Shown: piece after piece, positions 41,901-51,741 of the stretch | How the letters are laid out: each line of letters begins with the position of its first letter | Position numbering within the stretch: position 1 is the first letter of the stretch | Assembly (NCBI GenBank): GCA_965261735.1 | Contig: OZ253470.1 | Coordinates: 3,456,001-3,520,000 of the forward strand | Origin: Alphaproteobacteria bacterium | GTDB lineage: Bacteria; Pseudomonadota; Alphaproteobacteria; SHVV01 | DNA: 64,000 nucleotides | Direction: 5' to 3' | Notes under the pieces: model-generated | Databases searched by the model: none | Seen by the model: the letters and a program-made list of their open reading frames with translations, nothing else | Told to the model about the DNA's origin: nothing | Program-made: the position numbers and the translations under genes

Positions 41901-42124
41901 CCTACGCCCGATTCGACGCCGCCACCCACCAAGGCAAGGATATGCGGGCCGCGCAGCGCTCGCTCGCCGCCGCCGTGACCTCTATCGCTGGAACGGATGA
42001 GGAGCGCGCGATCGCCAGCCTGTTCTCTTCGGGAGGAACGCACGCTATTGCCGGCGAGTTTGCTGGAATGAATGATTTCGAGGTGGTGGCATTTCTCGTG
42101 CTGCTGTCGGAGGATCCGGCATGA
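38927..42124 (+). CDS. SNF2-family helicase associated with type III R-M, degenerate PLD-like N-terminus
   Basis: ADSVGLGKT, IDESHN, LSATP, SEGQNLQ, QRFGRIDRIG. Confidence 0.92.
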   Translation: MRIVPNTGTDRVVDIVRPWLRTGNRVDLASETLSLFAFGELAGNLVRLAGARLVLPTDDTEIDLLGSGADRAARNRLQGRWLAGRCAAWIEKATEVRRANGSVPQGAVVLRNGEGRAGQALLGSFSFSTDGLGLAPSNPLNLIQASETSEECERLGAWFDVQWSGLPEDNAAKLELVAALRRVAAPRAPSSIYALILHHLFRIEGGELDEERVVKSATGIRETEVWKRLFKFQRDGVVGAIDKLERFGGCIIADSVGLGKTFEALAIIKYHELRNDRVLVLCPKRLRDNWTLYRANDRRNMLARDRFNYDILNHTDLSRDGGLSGDIDLAHVNWGNYDLVVIDESHNFRNKRSPRQGGETRYDRLMRRIVCDGVKTRVLMLSATPVNNRLADLRNQIAFATEGNDTALTDHGVSSVDGTTQRAQKQFNRWLELDETERTPSRLVDMLGFDYFALLDRLTIARSRRHLEKYYGDSETGRFPERLKPINVKPDVDLRGEFPSIREINKEIRRLNLAAYAPLRYVLAHKREAYEEIYSTRLRGGGGTFRQLDREESLVQLLRVNALKRMESSVVSFALTVQRQLGDVEATLARIEEQAGELEELDIADIDIEDPAFESLLVGRKVKVLLQDVDPVHWRQDLIEDRNRLATLHAVARQVTVDRDAKLAELREIIERKCRDPINADNRKAIVFTAFADTARYLYDTLAPWARDCLGVEAALVTGAGRNQTTLPGLRRDLASILTAFAPRTKERPDDLAGEGEIDLLIATDCISEGQNLQDCDCLINYDIHWNPVRIIQRFGRIDRIGSPNARIQLVNFWPNMELEEYLRLEQRVSGRMVLLDISATGEENLIEQQSGDPMNDLAYRRKQLLKLQDAVIDLEDLSSGVSIADLTLTDFRIDLADYRRVHPDTLDSVPLGMHAVAVTADDDILPGVIFCLRAEGSAAGGRFQPEYPLAPHYLVHVGEDGSVLLPFTQVKAVLDRLKRLCVGKDIPDVPAYARFDAATHQGKDMRAAQRSLAAAVTSIAGTDEERAIASLFSSGGTHAIAGEFAGMNDFEVVAFLVLLSEDPA

Positions 42125-42879
42125 CGCCGTTCGATCCCTTCGTGGCGCTCGCGCTCCCACCTGACGCGCTTATCGATCGCCGCGTGCCCAAGACGCTGCT
42201 GATCGAGAACGGCGCATTCGCGGCAGGTGACCGCCGGCGCATCCAGGAAGGGATCGAGGAATTGAGATGGCTCGCGACGCTCAAGCCGGCGACAGTCGGC
42301 GTCGCCGAATATCGCGATGCCGAGCGGGAGTATCTCGAGATTGTCGTCCTGAAGCTCAATCTGCGTTCAGCCGCACGCGGCGAACGCATGGTCGAACTGG
42401 TCCACCGCGCGGTCCCCTACCCGGTGCTGCTGATCGCTTGGCGGGACGGGACGCCGGAGCTTTCGCTGGCCCACAAACGTCGTTCTCTGGGCGAAGCGGA
42501 CAAGACCGTGATCGACAGCGAAATCATTGTTGCACGGGCATACGGAGACTGTGCATACGAGCCGGTTACGGCGTTTCGCGATGCTCTCGCCCTGGTACGC
42601 CAGCCCCGGGACACGCTTCACGCCTTGTATCAGGGGTGGATCGATACGGTGGAGGCTTTCCGCGCGGCCACGATCACGGGCGCATTCTACCTTCCGGTTA
42701 CGGTGGCAAGGGCCGTCGACAGGGAAGCGGCGCTTCGGGAGTACCGAAGTCTCGATGACAGGATTGCGAATATGCATTCGGCCGCCAGCAAGGAGAAACA
42801 GATGTCCCGCCGGGCCAAGATGAACATGGAGCTTGCGCGCCTGCGCGCCGACCGCGACTCTGCTCGGGCCAGACTGTGA
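42121..42879 (+). CDS. DUF4391 family protein
   Basis: RRVPKTLL, EYLEIVVL, VHRAVPYP, KEKQM; ATGA-coupled, between helicase and Mod. Confidence 0.8.
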   Translation: MTPFDPFVALALPPDALIDRRVPKTLLIENGAFAAGDRRRIQEGIEELRWLATLKPATVGVAEYRDAEREYLEIVVLKLNLRSAARGERMVELVHRAVPYPVLLIAWRDGTPELSLAHKRRSLGEADKTVIDSEIIVARAYGDCAYEPVTAFRDALALVRQPRDTLHALYQGWIDTVEAFRAATITGAFYLPVTVARAVDREAALREYRSLDDRIANMHSAASKEKQMSRRAKMNMELARLRADRDSARARL

Positions 42880-42893
42880 GGGAGAGGCGCGTA

Positions 42894-44825
42894 ATGGAGA
42901 AGATGGTCGCTGGTGATCCGGAGACCCGCTCAACGGATATCGTCGCCGACAATCTTCAAAGGCTAAAGGCGTTGTTTCCCGAAGCGTTTACCGAGGGGAA
43001 GGCGGATTTCACGGTGTTCCGGCAGCTTCTCGGCGGCGCCGTGGACGAAAGTGAGGAGAAGTACGGTCTCAACTGGCACGGCAAACGCCGCGCACGGCAG
43101 CTCGCGCTCACGCCATCGGCAGGGACCCTACGCCCGTGCCCAGAGGACAGCGTCGATTGGGAAACGACGCAGAACCTGATGATCGAAGGCGATAACCTGG
43201 AGGTTTTGAAGCTCCTCCAGAAGAGCTACGCCGGTAAGGTCAAGCTCATCTACATCGATCCGCCTTACAATACAGGGAATGATTTTGTCTATCCGGACGA
43301 CTACAGAGACAACCTTAGAAACTACTTCGAGTTGACAGGCCAGACCGACGATCACGGGCGGAAATTGTCATCGAATACTGAGGCGTCGGGGCGTTTTCAC
43401 ACCGATTGGCTAAATATGATGTATCCACGCCTAAAATTAGCGCGTAACCTACTCAGAGATGATGGAATAATCACAGTCAATATTGATGATGGTGAAGCAG
43501 CTCAATTGAAACTTCTTATGTCTGATATATTTGGAGAAGAAAATTTCTTGGCTTCTATATCTTGGGAAAAACGATATACAAGAAGCAACAATGCTCGTTT
43601 GTTTTACTCGCTGAAGGACACACTCGTCACATTTCGGAAGTCGGCTTCCGTACAAATTCTTCGAGAAAAGCGAGGTGAAAAACAGCGATCGATTTATTCT
43701 AATCCAGATAGTGATCCCCGAGGTGATTGGACCAGTTCATCGTATGTCAATCCCGCCACCAAACAACAAAGACCAAATCTCGTGTACTCGATAGAGAATC
43801 CCCACACGGGTGAGACGATTGAGCATCCTACCCATGCTTGGAAATACGAACGATCAGAGCATATCCGGCATGTGAAGGAAGAGAGACTTTGGTGGGGACA
43901 AGATGGAAACGCTAAGTTTCCACGCCTAAAGAACTTCCTTGTCGAAATGGGAGACGGGATGGTTCCTGTTGATCTTTGGCATTATAAAGAGACCGGAACT
44001 ACTGATGAAGGAGGACATGAAGTTAAGAGGCTGTTCGGAGATGCGGTTTTTGACAATCCCAAACCAACTCGACTAATTCGTCGAATAATTTCTCTCATCG
44101 ACTCAACTGTCTCGACGACCGATACAGGGAGGCCGATTATTCTCGACTTCTTCGCGGGGTCGGGCACAACAGCACATGCCGTAATGGCATACAGTTCGGA
44201 GGACACCGTCCCTCGTCGCTATATTCTTGTCCAGCTCCCAGAATCACTTGATCCAAGAAACAGGGAACAGAAAGTGGCGTCGGATTTTTGTGACAAACTC
44301 CGCAAACCTCGTAATATCGCCGAGCTGACCAAGGAGCGACTCCGCCGCGCAGCTCGCAAGATCAAGGACGAGAACCCAGGTTATGACGGCGATCTTAGCT
44401 TTCGCGTCTTCAAGCTCGATACGTCCAACATCCGAGCCTGGAATCCAGCGCCGGACGACCTGGAAGGCGCGCTGCTTTCCAGCCTCGATCACATCGAGCC
44501 CGGCCACTCTGAACAGGACATCCTTTATGAACTGCTTCTGAAGCTCGGCCTCGATCTCTGCCTTCCTATCGAGACGCGGGCAATTGTGGGCAAGTCCGTG
44601 CACTCGGTGGGCGTCGGGACCCTGATTGCCTGCCTCGATGAGGCGATCTCCCTCAGTGAGGTGGAGCCGCTAGCCCTCGGTATTGCTGACTGGCATGACG
44701 CGCTTGCGCCCGCGGGAGAGAGCACCTTGGTCTTCCGCGATAGCGCCTTCGCCGACGATGTCGCCAAGACGAACCTCGCCGCGATACTTGGGCAGCGCGG
44801 CCTTGGGAACGTCCGAAGTCTGTGA
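42894..44825 (+). CDS. mod: Type III R-M methyltransferase subunit
   Basis: IEGDNLEVLK, YIDPPYNTG, PKPTRL, LDFFAGSGTT. Confidence 0.95.
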   Translation: MEKMVAGDPETRSTDIVADNLQRLKALFPEAFTEGKADFTVFRQLLGGAVDESEEKYGLNWHGKRRARQLALTPSAGTLRPCPEDSVDWETTQNLMIEGDNLEVLKLLQKSYAGKVKLIYIDPPYNTGNDFVYPDDYRDNLRNYFELTGQTDDHGRKLSSNTEASGRFHTDWLNMMYPRLKLARNLLRDDGIITVNIDDGEAAQLKLLMSDIFGEENFLASISWEKRYTRSNNARLFYSLKDTLVTFRKSASVQILREKRGEKQRSIYSNPDSDPRGDWTSSSYVNPATKQQRPNLVYSIENPHTGETIEHPTHAWKYERSEHIRHVKEERLWWGQDGNAKFPRLKNFLVEMGDGMVPVDLWHYKETGTTDEGGHEVKRLFGDAVFDNPKPTRLIRRIISLIDSTVSTTDTGRPIILDFFAGSGTTAHAVMAYSSEDTVPRRYILVQLPESLDPRNREQKVASDFCDKLRKPRNIAELTKERLRRAARKIKDENPGYDGDLSFRVFKLDTSNIRAWNPAPDDLEGALLSSLDHIEPGHSEQDILYELLLKLGLDLCLPIETRAIVGKSVHSVGVGTLIACLDEAISLSEVEPLALGIADWHDALAPAGESTLVFRDSAFADDVAKTNLAAILGQRGLGNVRSL

Positions 44826-44851
44826 TGCCGACTGGTTTAGGGAGACTGCCC

Positions 44852-45016
44852 ATGAATCGGCATGAGCGACTGTCGCAGACCATTCTTTCCGCGGACGGTC
44901 GGACGCGAACATCCGCTTCTCCGACCTGGGGAGCACTGATGGTGTATCTGGGATTCGAGGCGCGCATGCGCGGGAGCCATCACCTCCATTGGAAGGAAGG
45001 CGTTGCGAAACCGTAA
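44852..45016 (+). pseudogene. hicA: HicA-like toxin remnant
   Basis: GGAG RBS; GRSDANIRFSDL in a shifted frame, LGFEARMRGSHH; truncated. Confidence 0.65.
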
Positions 45017-45042
45017 GAACCAAAGCAAGATTCTCTCCGGCC

Positions 45043-48036
45043 ATGATGAAGCTCCGTTTCGAACCAGACCTCGACTTTCAATTGCAAGCGGTAGACGCCG
45101 TCTGCGGACTGTTCCGCGGGCAAGAGGTCTGCAGGACGGAGTTCACGGTCACCCGAGATCGGGTGGACCCGCAAGAAAAGTTGGCTTTCGCCCAGAATGA
45201 TCTCGGCGTTGGCAACCGGCTGAACCTGCTAGACGATGAGATACTCGCGAACCTAAATAACATCCAGCTTGGAAACGGCCTGCCGCCGGCCAAATCCTTG
45301 GACTCGGGAGACTTTACCGTGGACATGGAGACCGGAACTGGCAAGACCTACGTTTATCTTCGTACGATCTTCGAGCTGAACAAGCGCTACGGATTCACTA
45401 AGTTCGTCATCGTCGTTCCGTCGGTCGCGATTAAGGAAGGCGTCTACAAGTCGCTCCAGATGACCGACGACCACTTCCGGGCGCTCTATTCGGGCATCCC
45501 GTTCGAGTATTTCCTCTACGATTCGTCGAAGCTCGGCCAGGTTCGCAATTTCGCCACTAGCCCGCAGATTCAAATAATGGTGGTGACGGTCGGCGGCATC
45601 AACAAGAAAGAAGTCAACAACCTTTACAAGGACAGTGAGAAGTCCGGCGGCGAGAAGCCGATCGATCTCATCAAAGCCACCCGGCCTATTCTGATCGTGG
45701 ACGAGCCGCAGAGCGTGGACGGTGGCCTTGCGGGACGGGGGAAGGAAGCACTCGATGCGATGAACCCGCTCTGCACGCTGCGATACTCGGCAACGCATGT
45801 GGACAAGCACCACATGATCTATCGGCTCGATGCCGTCGATGCCTACGAACGCAAGCTGGTCAAGCAGATCGAGGTTGCGTCCGCCACCGTCGAAGACGCC
45901 CACAACAAGCCTTATGTCCGGCTGATCTCGACAAGCAATATACGCGACGTCATCAGCGCCAAGGTCGAACTCGATGTCGAATCCGCCGGACGCGTGTGGC
46001 GCAGCGAGAGAACAGTTCAGGACGGCGACGATCTCGAACAGGAGACAAGCCGCGCCGTTTATCGCGACTGCCGCATAGGTGAGATCCGGGTCGGGAAAGG
46101 AATCGCGTCCGTCGAACTTCGCGTGCCCGGCGAGGAGCGCTATCTCCGGGAGGGCGAAACCTGGGGAGATGTGGACGCCTCAGCCATTCAGCGTCAGATG
46201 ATCCGGCGGACCATTCGCGAGCATCTCGATAAAGAGAAACGCTTGCGCCCACAGGGAATTAAGGTGCTCAGCCTCTTCTTCATCGACGCCGTAGAGCGTT
46301 ACCGCCGTTACGACGAGGCGGGCATTCCGATCAAGGGCGAATATGCCCGGATGTTCGAGGAGGAATACCGGCGCCTCGCGGGCCATCCCGACTACGTCTC
46401 TTTGTTCCAGGAAGTGGACCTCACTGCCGCCGCCGAGGAGGTCCACGACGGGTACTTTTCGATCGACAGGAAGGGCGGCTGGTCGGATACCGCCGAGAAC
46501 AACCAAATCAATCGCGACAATGCCGAGCGTGCGTACAACCTCATCATGAAAGAGAAGGAGAAGCTGCTGAGTCTCGACGTGCCGCTCAAGTTCATCTTCT
46601 CCCATTCGGCGCTGCGCGAGGGGTGGGACAACCCGAATGTCTTCCAAATCTGCGCCCTGCGCGACATCCAGTCCGAGCGCGAACGGCGGCAGACGATCGG
46701 GCGCGGCCTGCGTCTCTGCGTCAACCAGCACGGTGAGCGCTTGCGCGGTTTCGAAGTGAATACGCTGACGGTGGTCGCCAGGGAGAGCTACGAGGAGTTC
46801 GCCGAGAACCTGCAACGCGAGATCGAGGAGGATACCGGCATCCGCTTTGGCGTCATCGGACCACACCAGTTCGCACAGATTTCAGTGGTCGGCGACGGCG
46901 GAGAAACGAGAGCCCTCGGGTTCGGTAAGTCACAGACCCTCTACGAGCATCTCCAAGCGGAAGGCTACATCGACGCAAAGGGGCGGATACAGGACTCTCT
47001 CCGCAAGGCGATCAAGGACGACAGCTTTGATGTGCCTAAAGAATTTTCCGCGCAGCGCGCGGGCATCGTTTCCGTGTTGCGTAAACTCGCCGGGCGCCTG
47101 GAAATCAAGAATGCCGACGAACGTCAGACGGTCCGCCCGCGCCAGGCCGTGCTCGACAGCGCGGACTTCAAGGCATTGTGGGACCGCATCAAGCACAAGA
47201 CCACCTATCGAGTGGCCTTCGACAACGAAGCCCTGCTAGAAAAATGCGCCGCTGCGTTGCGCAACGCGCCGGCAATCCCCAAAACCAGGCTGCAATGGCG
47301 CAAGGCCGACATTGCAATCGGTCAGGCGGGCGTTGAGGCAACCGAGATTGCCGGGTCGGCGACTGTCGTTCTAGATGAAGCCGAAATCGAGCTGCCCGAC
47401 CTGCTTACCGAGCTTCAGAACCGGACGCAGCTCACGCGGCGCAGCATTCATCGAATCCTTGTTGGAAGTCGGCGTCTTGACGACTTCAAGCGGAATCCGC
47501 AGCAATTCATCGAGCTTGCCACGCAGGCCGTCAATAGCTGCAAGCGACAGGCGCTGGTGGACGGCATCAAGTATCAGAGAATCGGGGATGAGTCCTATTA
47601 CGCGCAGGAACTCTTTGAGCAGGAAGAGCTTACCGGCTACCTCAGGAACATGGTGGACGCTGGTAAATCGGTGTACGAGAAGGTTGTCTACGAGTCCGAT
47701 ACCGAGGCCCGGTTTTCCGATCAACTTGAGAAGAACACCGCCATCAAGGTGTACGCCAAACTTCCTGGCTGGTTCACGGTGCCAACGCCGCTAGGGAGCT
47801 ACAACCCGGACTGGGCTGTTCTTATGGAATCCGGTGAGGGCGAACGGCTGTATCTGGTTGTTGAAACGAAAGCGAGTACGCTGCTCGACGACCTCCGGCT
47901 GACGGAAACCGCCAAGATCGAATGTGGCAAGGCGCACTTCAAGGCGCTTGCGATTCGAGAAGACTCGGCCCGATATGAAGTTGCCGCCAGCGTCGACGAA
48001 TTGCTCGCGGGTGTGGGTGGGGTGCTGTCACGGTAA
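45043..48036 (+). CDS. res: Type III R-M restriction subunit
   Basis: METGTGKT, VDEPQ, RYSAT, LREGWDNPN, QTIGRGLR, YNPDW...VVETK. Confidence 0.95.
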   Translation: MMKLRFEPDLDFQLQAVDAVCGLFRGQEVCRTEFTVTRDRVDPQEKLAFAQNDLGVGNRLNLLDDEILANLNNIQLGNGLPPAKSLDSGDFTVDMETGTGKTYVYLRTIFELNKRYGFTKFVIVVPSVAIKEGVYKSLQMTDDHFRALYSGIPFEYFLYDSSKLGQVRNFATSPQIQIMVVTVGGINKKEVNNLYKDSEKSGGEKPIDLIKATRPILIVDEPQSVDGGLAGRGKEALDAMNPLCTLRYSATHVDKHHMIYRLDAVDAYERKLVKQIEVASATVEDAHNKPYVRLISTSNIRDVISAKVELDVESAGRVWRSERTVQDGDDLEQETSRAVYRDCRIGEIRVGKGIASVELRVPGEERYLREGETWGDVDASAIQRQMIRRTIREHLDKEKRLRPQGIKVLSLFFIDAVERYRRYDEAGIPIKGEYARMFEEEYRRLAGHPDYVSLFQEVDLTAAAEEVHDGYFSIDRKGGWSDTAENNQINRDNAERAYNLIMKEKEKLLSLDVPLKFIFSHSALREGWDNPNVFQICALRDIQSERERRQTIGRGLRLCVNQHGERLRGFEVNTLTVVARESYEEFAENLQREIEEDTGIRFGVIGPHQFAQISVVGDGGETRALGFGKSQTLYEHLQAEGYIDAKGRIQDSLRKAIKDDSFDVPKEFSAQRAGIVSVLRKLAGRLEIKNADERQTVRPRQAVLDSADFKALWDRIKHKTTYRVAFDNEALLEKCAAALRNAPAIPKTRLQWRKADIAIGQAGVEATEIAGSATVVLDEAEIELPDLLTELQNRTQLTRRSIHRILVGSRRLDDFKRNPQQFIELATQAVNSCKRQALVDGIKYQRIGDESYYAQELFEQEELTGYLRNMVDAGKSVYEKVVYESDTEARFSDQLEKNTAIKVYAKLPGWFTVPTPLGSYNPDWAVLMESGEGERLYLVVETKASTLLDDLRLTETAKIECGKAHFKALAIREDSARYEVAASVDELLAGVGGVLSR

Positions 48037-48826
48037 CTGGCTGGTGTCAGCTGCGGGTGGCGAGTAGCTTCCTGTTATGAACAAGATCAGCTACCGCCGA
48101 CATCGGTTTCCTGCAGAGATAATCCAGCGCGCCGTCTGGCTGTGTTTCCGGTTTCCGCTCAGTTACCGCGATGTGGAGGATCTGCTCGCTGAACGTGGTG
48201 TCGATGTTTCTTACGAGACGATACGGCGCTGGGCTTTAAAGTTTGGGCAGGCCTATGCCCGAAAACTGAGACAATCACGCCCTCGACCAGACGACCGGTG
48301 GCACCTTGATGAGGTGTTTTCCTCCATCAACGGAAAACGGATGTATCTATGGCGGGCGGTGGACAGCGAGGGTGAGGTGCTGGATATCCTGGTTCAGTCC
48401 CGGAGGAACAAGAAAGCAGCACTCAAGCTGATGCGCAAACTGCTCAAGAAGCAGGGGTATGCGCCGAATAAGGTGGTGACCGATAAACTGCCATCTTACG
48501 GGGCAGCATTGCGTGATCTCAACATGACGGGGAAACACGTTACCGGCGGACGGAGCAACAATCGGGCGGAGAATTCGCACCTGCCGATTCGACAACGAGA
48601 ACGCAGGATGCAGGGCTTCAAGTCATCAGGATCGGCGCAAAGGTTTCTCTCCACCCACGCCGCCATCTACAACACCTTCAATGTCCAACGTCATCTGATC
48701 ACTCGCAAGACAATGCGCCAATTCCGCGGTGACGCGATGAACACGTGGCGGACCGTGACCGCGGCTGCTTGAGCCGCTCAGTTCAGACGTTCAACTGCGA
48801 CCTGCCTTCGTTAAGTTGACAGCACC
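48021..48826 (+). mobile_element. IS6-family element (transposase 48077-48772)
   Basis: IRs GGTGCTGTCACGGTAAC / GTTAAGTTGACAGCACC; WHLDE, YLWRAVD, VTDK, NNRAENSH; no flanking direct repeat. Confidence 0.95.
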
Positions 48827-49103
48827 ACGACATGGGCGGGACGCTGGTGCGCGGCATCGGGCTGGTGCGGGCCAAGGCACGGATCGGGCTGAAGAACCTC
48901 GCCTACAACATGCGCCGCCTGGTGCAGTTGGAGCGCCTCGCGGCGGCGGCGCCACCGTGACGGTATTCAGGACAGGAGTCCGTGCAGGCTACGAGTTTCG
49001 GAATCAAATCAACCGCTCAGGAGCGACCGAACGCCAAAATCCCGAGGCCGGGTCACGTCCGCTGCCCCGGTTCGGGCTCATCTGGGCATTTTTCGAGGTG
49101 CCC
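48827..49103 (+). mobile_element. IS5-family 3' end
   Basis: LVRGIGLVRAKARIGLKNLAYNMRRL; terminal TTTTTCGAGGTGCCC. Confidence 0.75.
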
Positions 49104-49236
49104 TTGTGTCCAAGGAACCGGGTGCGCTACACAGGTAACTTAACCGAGAGCATTCTGGCGCCATGGGCAACAATCGGAAAGCGTTAACGATAAGCCGTTA
49201 GGCTGTACGACTAGCCGAGGCAGTGGATGATATGAA

Positions 49237-50115
49237 ATGAGCAGCAACTACCTGAAGCCGACCCGGATGCAGTTGAAGAATCATCCCGAGCTTAACGAAA
49301 AGTGGGTTCAAAACATTATTGCGGACGATCCCTCCGTCCTCGGGCTTGGCGATTTGGTGCTCAGAGATGTGGAGAGGGTACAGCCCCGTGCAGGCCGTCT
49401 TGATCTTTTGTTGCAAGACTCCGAGACCCAACGCAGGTACGAGGTAGAGCTTCAACTTGGGTCAACGGATGAAGCTCACATTATCCGTACGATCGAGTAT
49501 TGGGATATCGAGAAAAAGCGTTATCCGCAATATGATCATTGTGCTGTTCTCGTAGCAGAAGACATAACGAGTCGGTTCCTGAACGTTATTTCTCTTTTTA
49601 ACGGCACGATGCCTCTGATCGCAATTCAGATGCAGGCACTCAAGGTAGGCAACAACCTGACGCTTGTCTTCACGCAGGTCTTGGACGAGCTTTTGCGGGG
49701 ACTCGTCGACGAGGATGAAGATGCTGACGCCGAACCAACAGACCGCGCCTACTGGGAGAAACGCGCCACAAAGGCGACTGTGGGTCTGGCCGACGAGATG
49801 CTGGAAATCCTCCGGGGATTCGATCCAACTTTGAATCTAAAATTCAACAAGTTTTACATAGGCCTAGAGAAGAATGGTCAGGCGTATAATTTTGTGACTT
49901 TCAGGCCCAAGAAGAACCTGCTCAATTTCGAGATTAAGTTGCCTCAGACCGATGATCTGGACATCAAAATCGACGATGCCGGCCTCGACACTCTCGAATA
50001 CAATAAAAGATGGGGGCTCTACCGTCTTCGGCTGACAAAGGACGACATAGAATCAAAGTCGGAATTTCTCAAGGATTTGTCGCAGCTTGCCTATGAGCGT
50101 CGAACAAGTCTGTGA
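49237..50115 (+). CDS. NucS-like PD-(D/E)XK-fold protein with DUF5655-like C-terminus
   Basis: EKWVQ, GRLDLL, YEVELQLG; C-terminal KFYIGL...NFV.F. Confidence 0.7.
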   Translation: MSSNYLKPTRMQLKNHPELNEKWVQNIIADDPSVLGLGDLVLRDVERVQPRAGRLDLLLQDSETQRRYEVELQLGSTDEAHIIRTIEYWDIEKKRYPQYDHCAVLVAEDITSRFLNVISLFNGTMPLIAIQMQALKVGNNLTLVFTQVLDELLRGLVDEDEDADAEPTDRAYWEKRATKATVGLADEMLEILRGFDPTLNLKFNKFYIGLEKNGQAYNFVTFRPKKNLLNFEIKLPQTDDLDIKIDDAGLDTLEYNKRWGLYRLRLTKDDIESKSEFLKDLSQLAYERRTSL

Positions 50116-50124
50116 TTGGCCGAT

Positions 50125-50240
50125 CCCTGGCACCACACATGCTGCCGTCGGGTGTGCCGTCACGCCGAAGTGGACGATCTGCCTGCGTTCGTGGTGCAAA
50201 ACGATGAAGACCATGAGAAGCCGGAACGTGGCAGTCGGCT
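50125..50240 (-). mobile_element. Integrase-core transposase scrap
   Basis: TATFRLLMVFIVLHHERRQIVHFGVTAHPTAA. Confidence 0.6.
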
Positions 50241-50537
50241 TTGTCAGTTCAACCGGATTCACTCCGAAATCTAGGTAAATTATGGGTGGCTTCTCTACGC
50301 AAGTTCAATGGCTTAGCCTCATGGAGAAATGCCGAAAACAGTCTACAATCAGTTAACTTGACCATGCCTGCGCGAGGTTTTCGGGGCAATCTTGCCGGCG
50401 AACAGCGGACGATAGTACCAAGCGACGATGCCGGCGGTCAGGTCGAGGAGTCGTTCGCGCCGGAGAAACTCCGCCGGGGGCTTATCGGCGTCAATGCCGC
50501 CGCGATACAGGTCGGGGTCCGTCGGTGAGGAGAAGAC

Positions 50538-50665
50538 ATGTACAAGTCGGAAATAGCCGATCGTCTGGCCGCCAGGTCCGGCATGAACAAGGTCGCTTCA
50601 AGGGACGCGTTGGACCGCGTGTTAGCGACGATCGGCGATGCTCTGACAAATGGCGAGGAGGTGAG
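50538..50665 (+). pseudogene. HU/IHF N-terminal fragment
   Basis: MYKSEIADRLAARSGMNK...IGDALTNGEEV, then similarity ends. Confidence 0.7.
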
Positions 50666-50820
50666 CCGAATCGCACGGCGTGCCGGCGCGGATCGAGCCA
50701 GATGCGCTGCAGGCCGAGGATGGCGCTGTCGGCGCCCTAACCGGGGTGTTCGCCCGCTCCGGCCAGTGAAGGCGGACAACATTCAGAGTGCTGTCCGGTG
50801 CTATCTTTTGCGGGGCGATC

Positions 50821-51663
50821 ATGCACGATAGTACCGTGAACATCATCTCCTGGAACATGGCTCACAAGCAGGAGTCATGGCGACGCTTGCTGGATATGGA
50901 CATCGACCTTGCGCTCCTTCAGGAAGCTTGCCGTCCGCCCGACGATATTGCCGAGAGGTTCGAAATCGACCCGGCACCCTGGTCCGCTCCCGAACGGCAC
51001 AGCAGGGTGAAGTGGCGCACCGCGATTGTCGTGGTCTCGAACCGCGTAGCTGTCGAATGGTTGACCGCGAAGCCGATCGGACAGGCCGCGTTCGGCGAAC
51101 TCGCGGTCTCCTCGCCCGGCACGCTCACGGCAGCGCGCGTGATGCCGCGCACCGGCGAGCCTTTCATAGCGGTTTCGATCTATGCGGAATTGGAAAACCC
51201 TCTCAGGGACGAGGGGACCTGGATTTACTCGGACGCCTCGACTCATCGGCTTGTCTCGGATCTGGCGGTATTAGTCGGGCGGCAGCACGGACACCGGATT
51301 CTTGTCGCAGGCGACTTGAACCTGATGCGTGGCTACAGCACGGACGGCAGTCCGTATTGGGCTGCGCGCTACAGGACCGTGTTCGACCGCATGGAGGCCA
51401 TGGGTCTGCCCTGCGTCGGGCCGCAGTTCCCCAACGGCAGGCAGGCTGACCCGTGGCCGGAGGTATTGCCGAGAGATAGCCTGAATGTCCCCACCTGGCG
51501 ATTGCCCGGGCGACTTCCGGCCATGGCGGATCGCCAACTCGACTACGTTTTCGCCTCGCAAGGCTTCGGCGATGCCCTGTCGGTCCGCGCTCTCAATGAA
51601 CCGGAGGAATGGGGCCCGAGCGACCATTGCCGGATCGCGATGGAAATCTCGCAACCGGGCTGA
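50821..51663 (+). CDS. Endonuclease/exonuclease/phosphatase (EEP) family protein
   Basis: ISWNM, LLQEA, AGDLN, LDYVF, SDH. Confidence 0.9.
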   Translation: MHDSTVNIISWNMAHKQESWRRLLDMDIDLALLQEACRPPDDIAERFEIDPAPWSAPERHSRVKWRTAIVVVSNRVAVEWLTAKPIGQAAFGELAVSSPGTLTAARVMPRTGEPFIAVSIYAELENPLRDEGTWIYSDASTHRLVSDLAVLVGRQHGHRILVAGDLNLMRGYSTDGSPYWAARYRTVFDRMEAMGLPCVGPQFPNGRQADPWPEVLPRDSLNVPTWRLPGRLPAMADRQLDYVFASQGFGDALSVRALNEPEEWGPSDHCRIAMEISQPG

Positions 51664-51741
51664 CCCGGTTCCCTCGGCGGCAAGTGGGATCGGCTGCTGG
51701 TCACGACCTGAGCTTTCGGGTGACGGCGCGGGGGCTTCGAA

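Noticed and set aside
42894-44825. Phase-variable simple repeat in mod
   Set aside because: No repeat tract seen.
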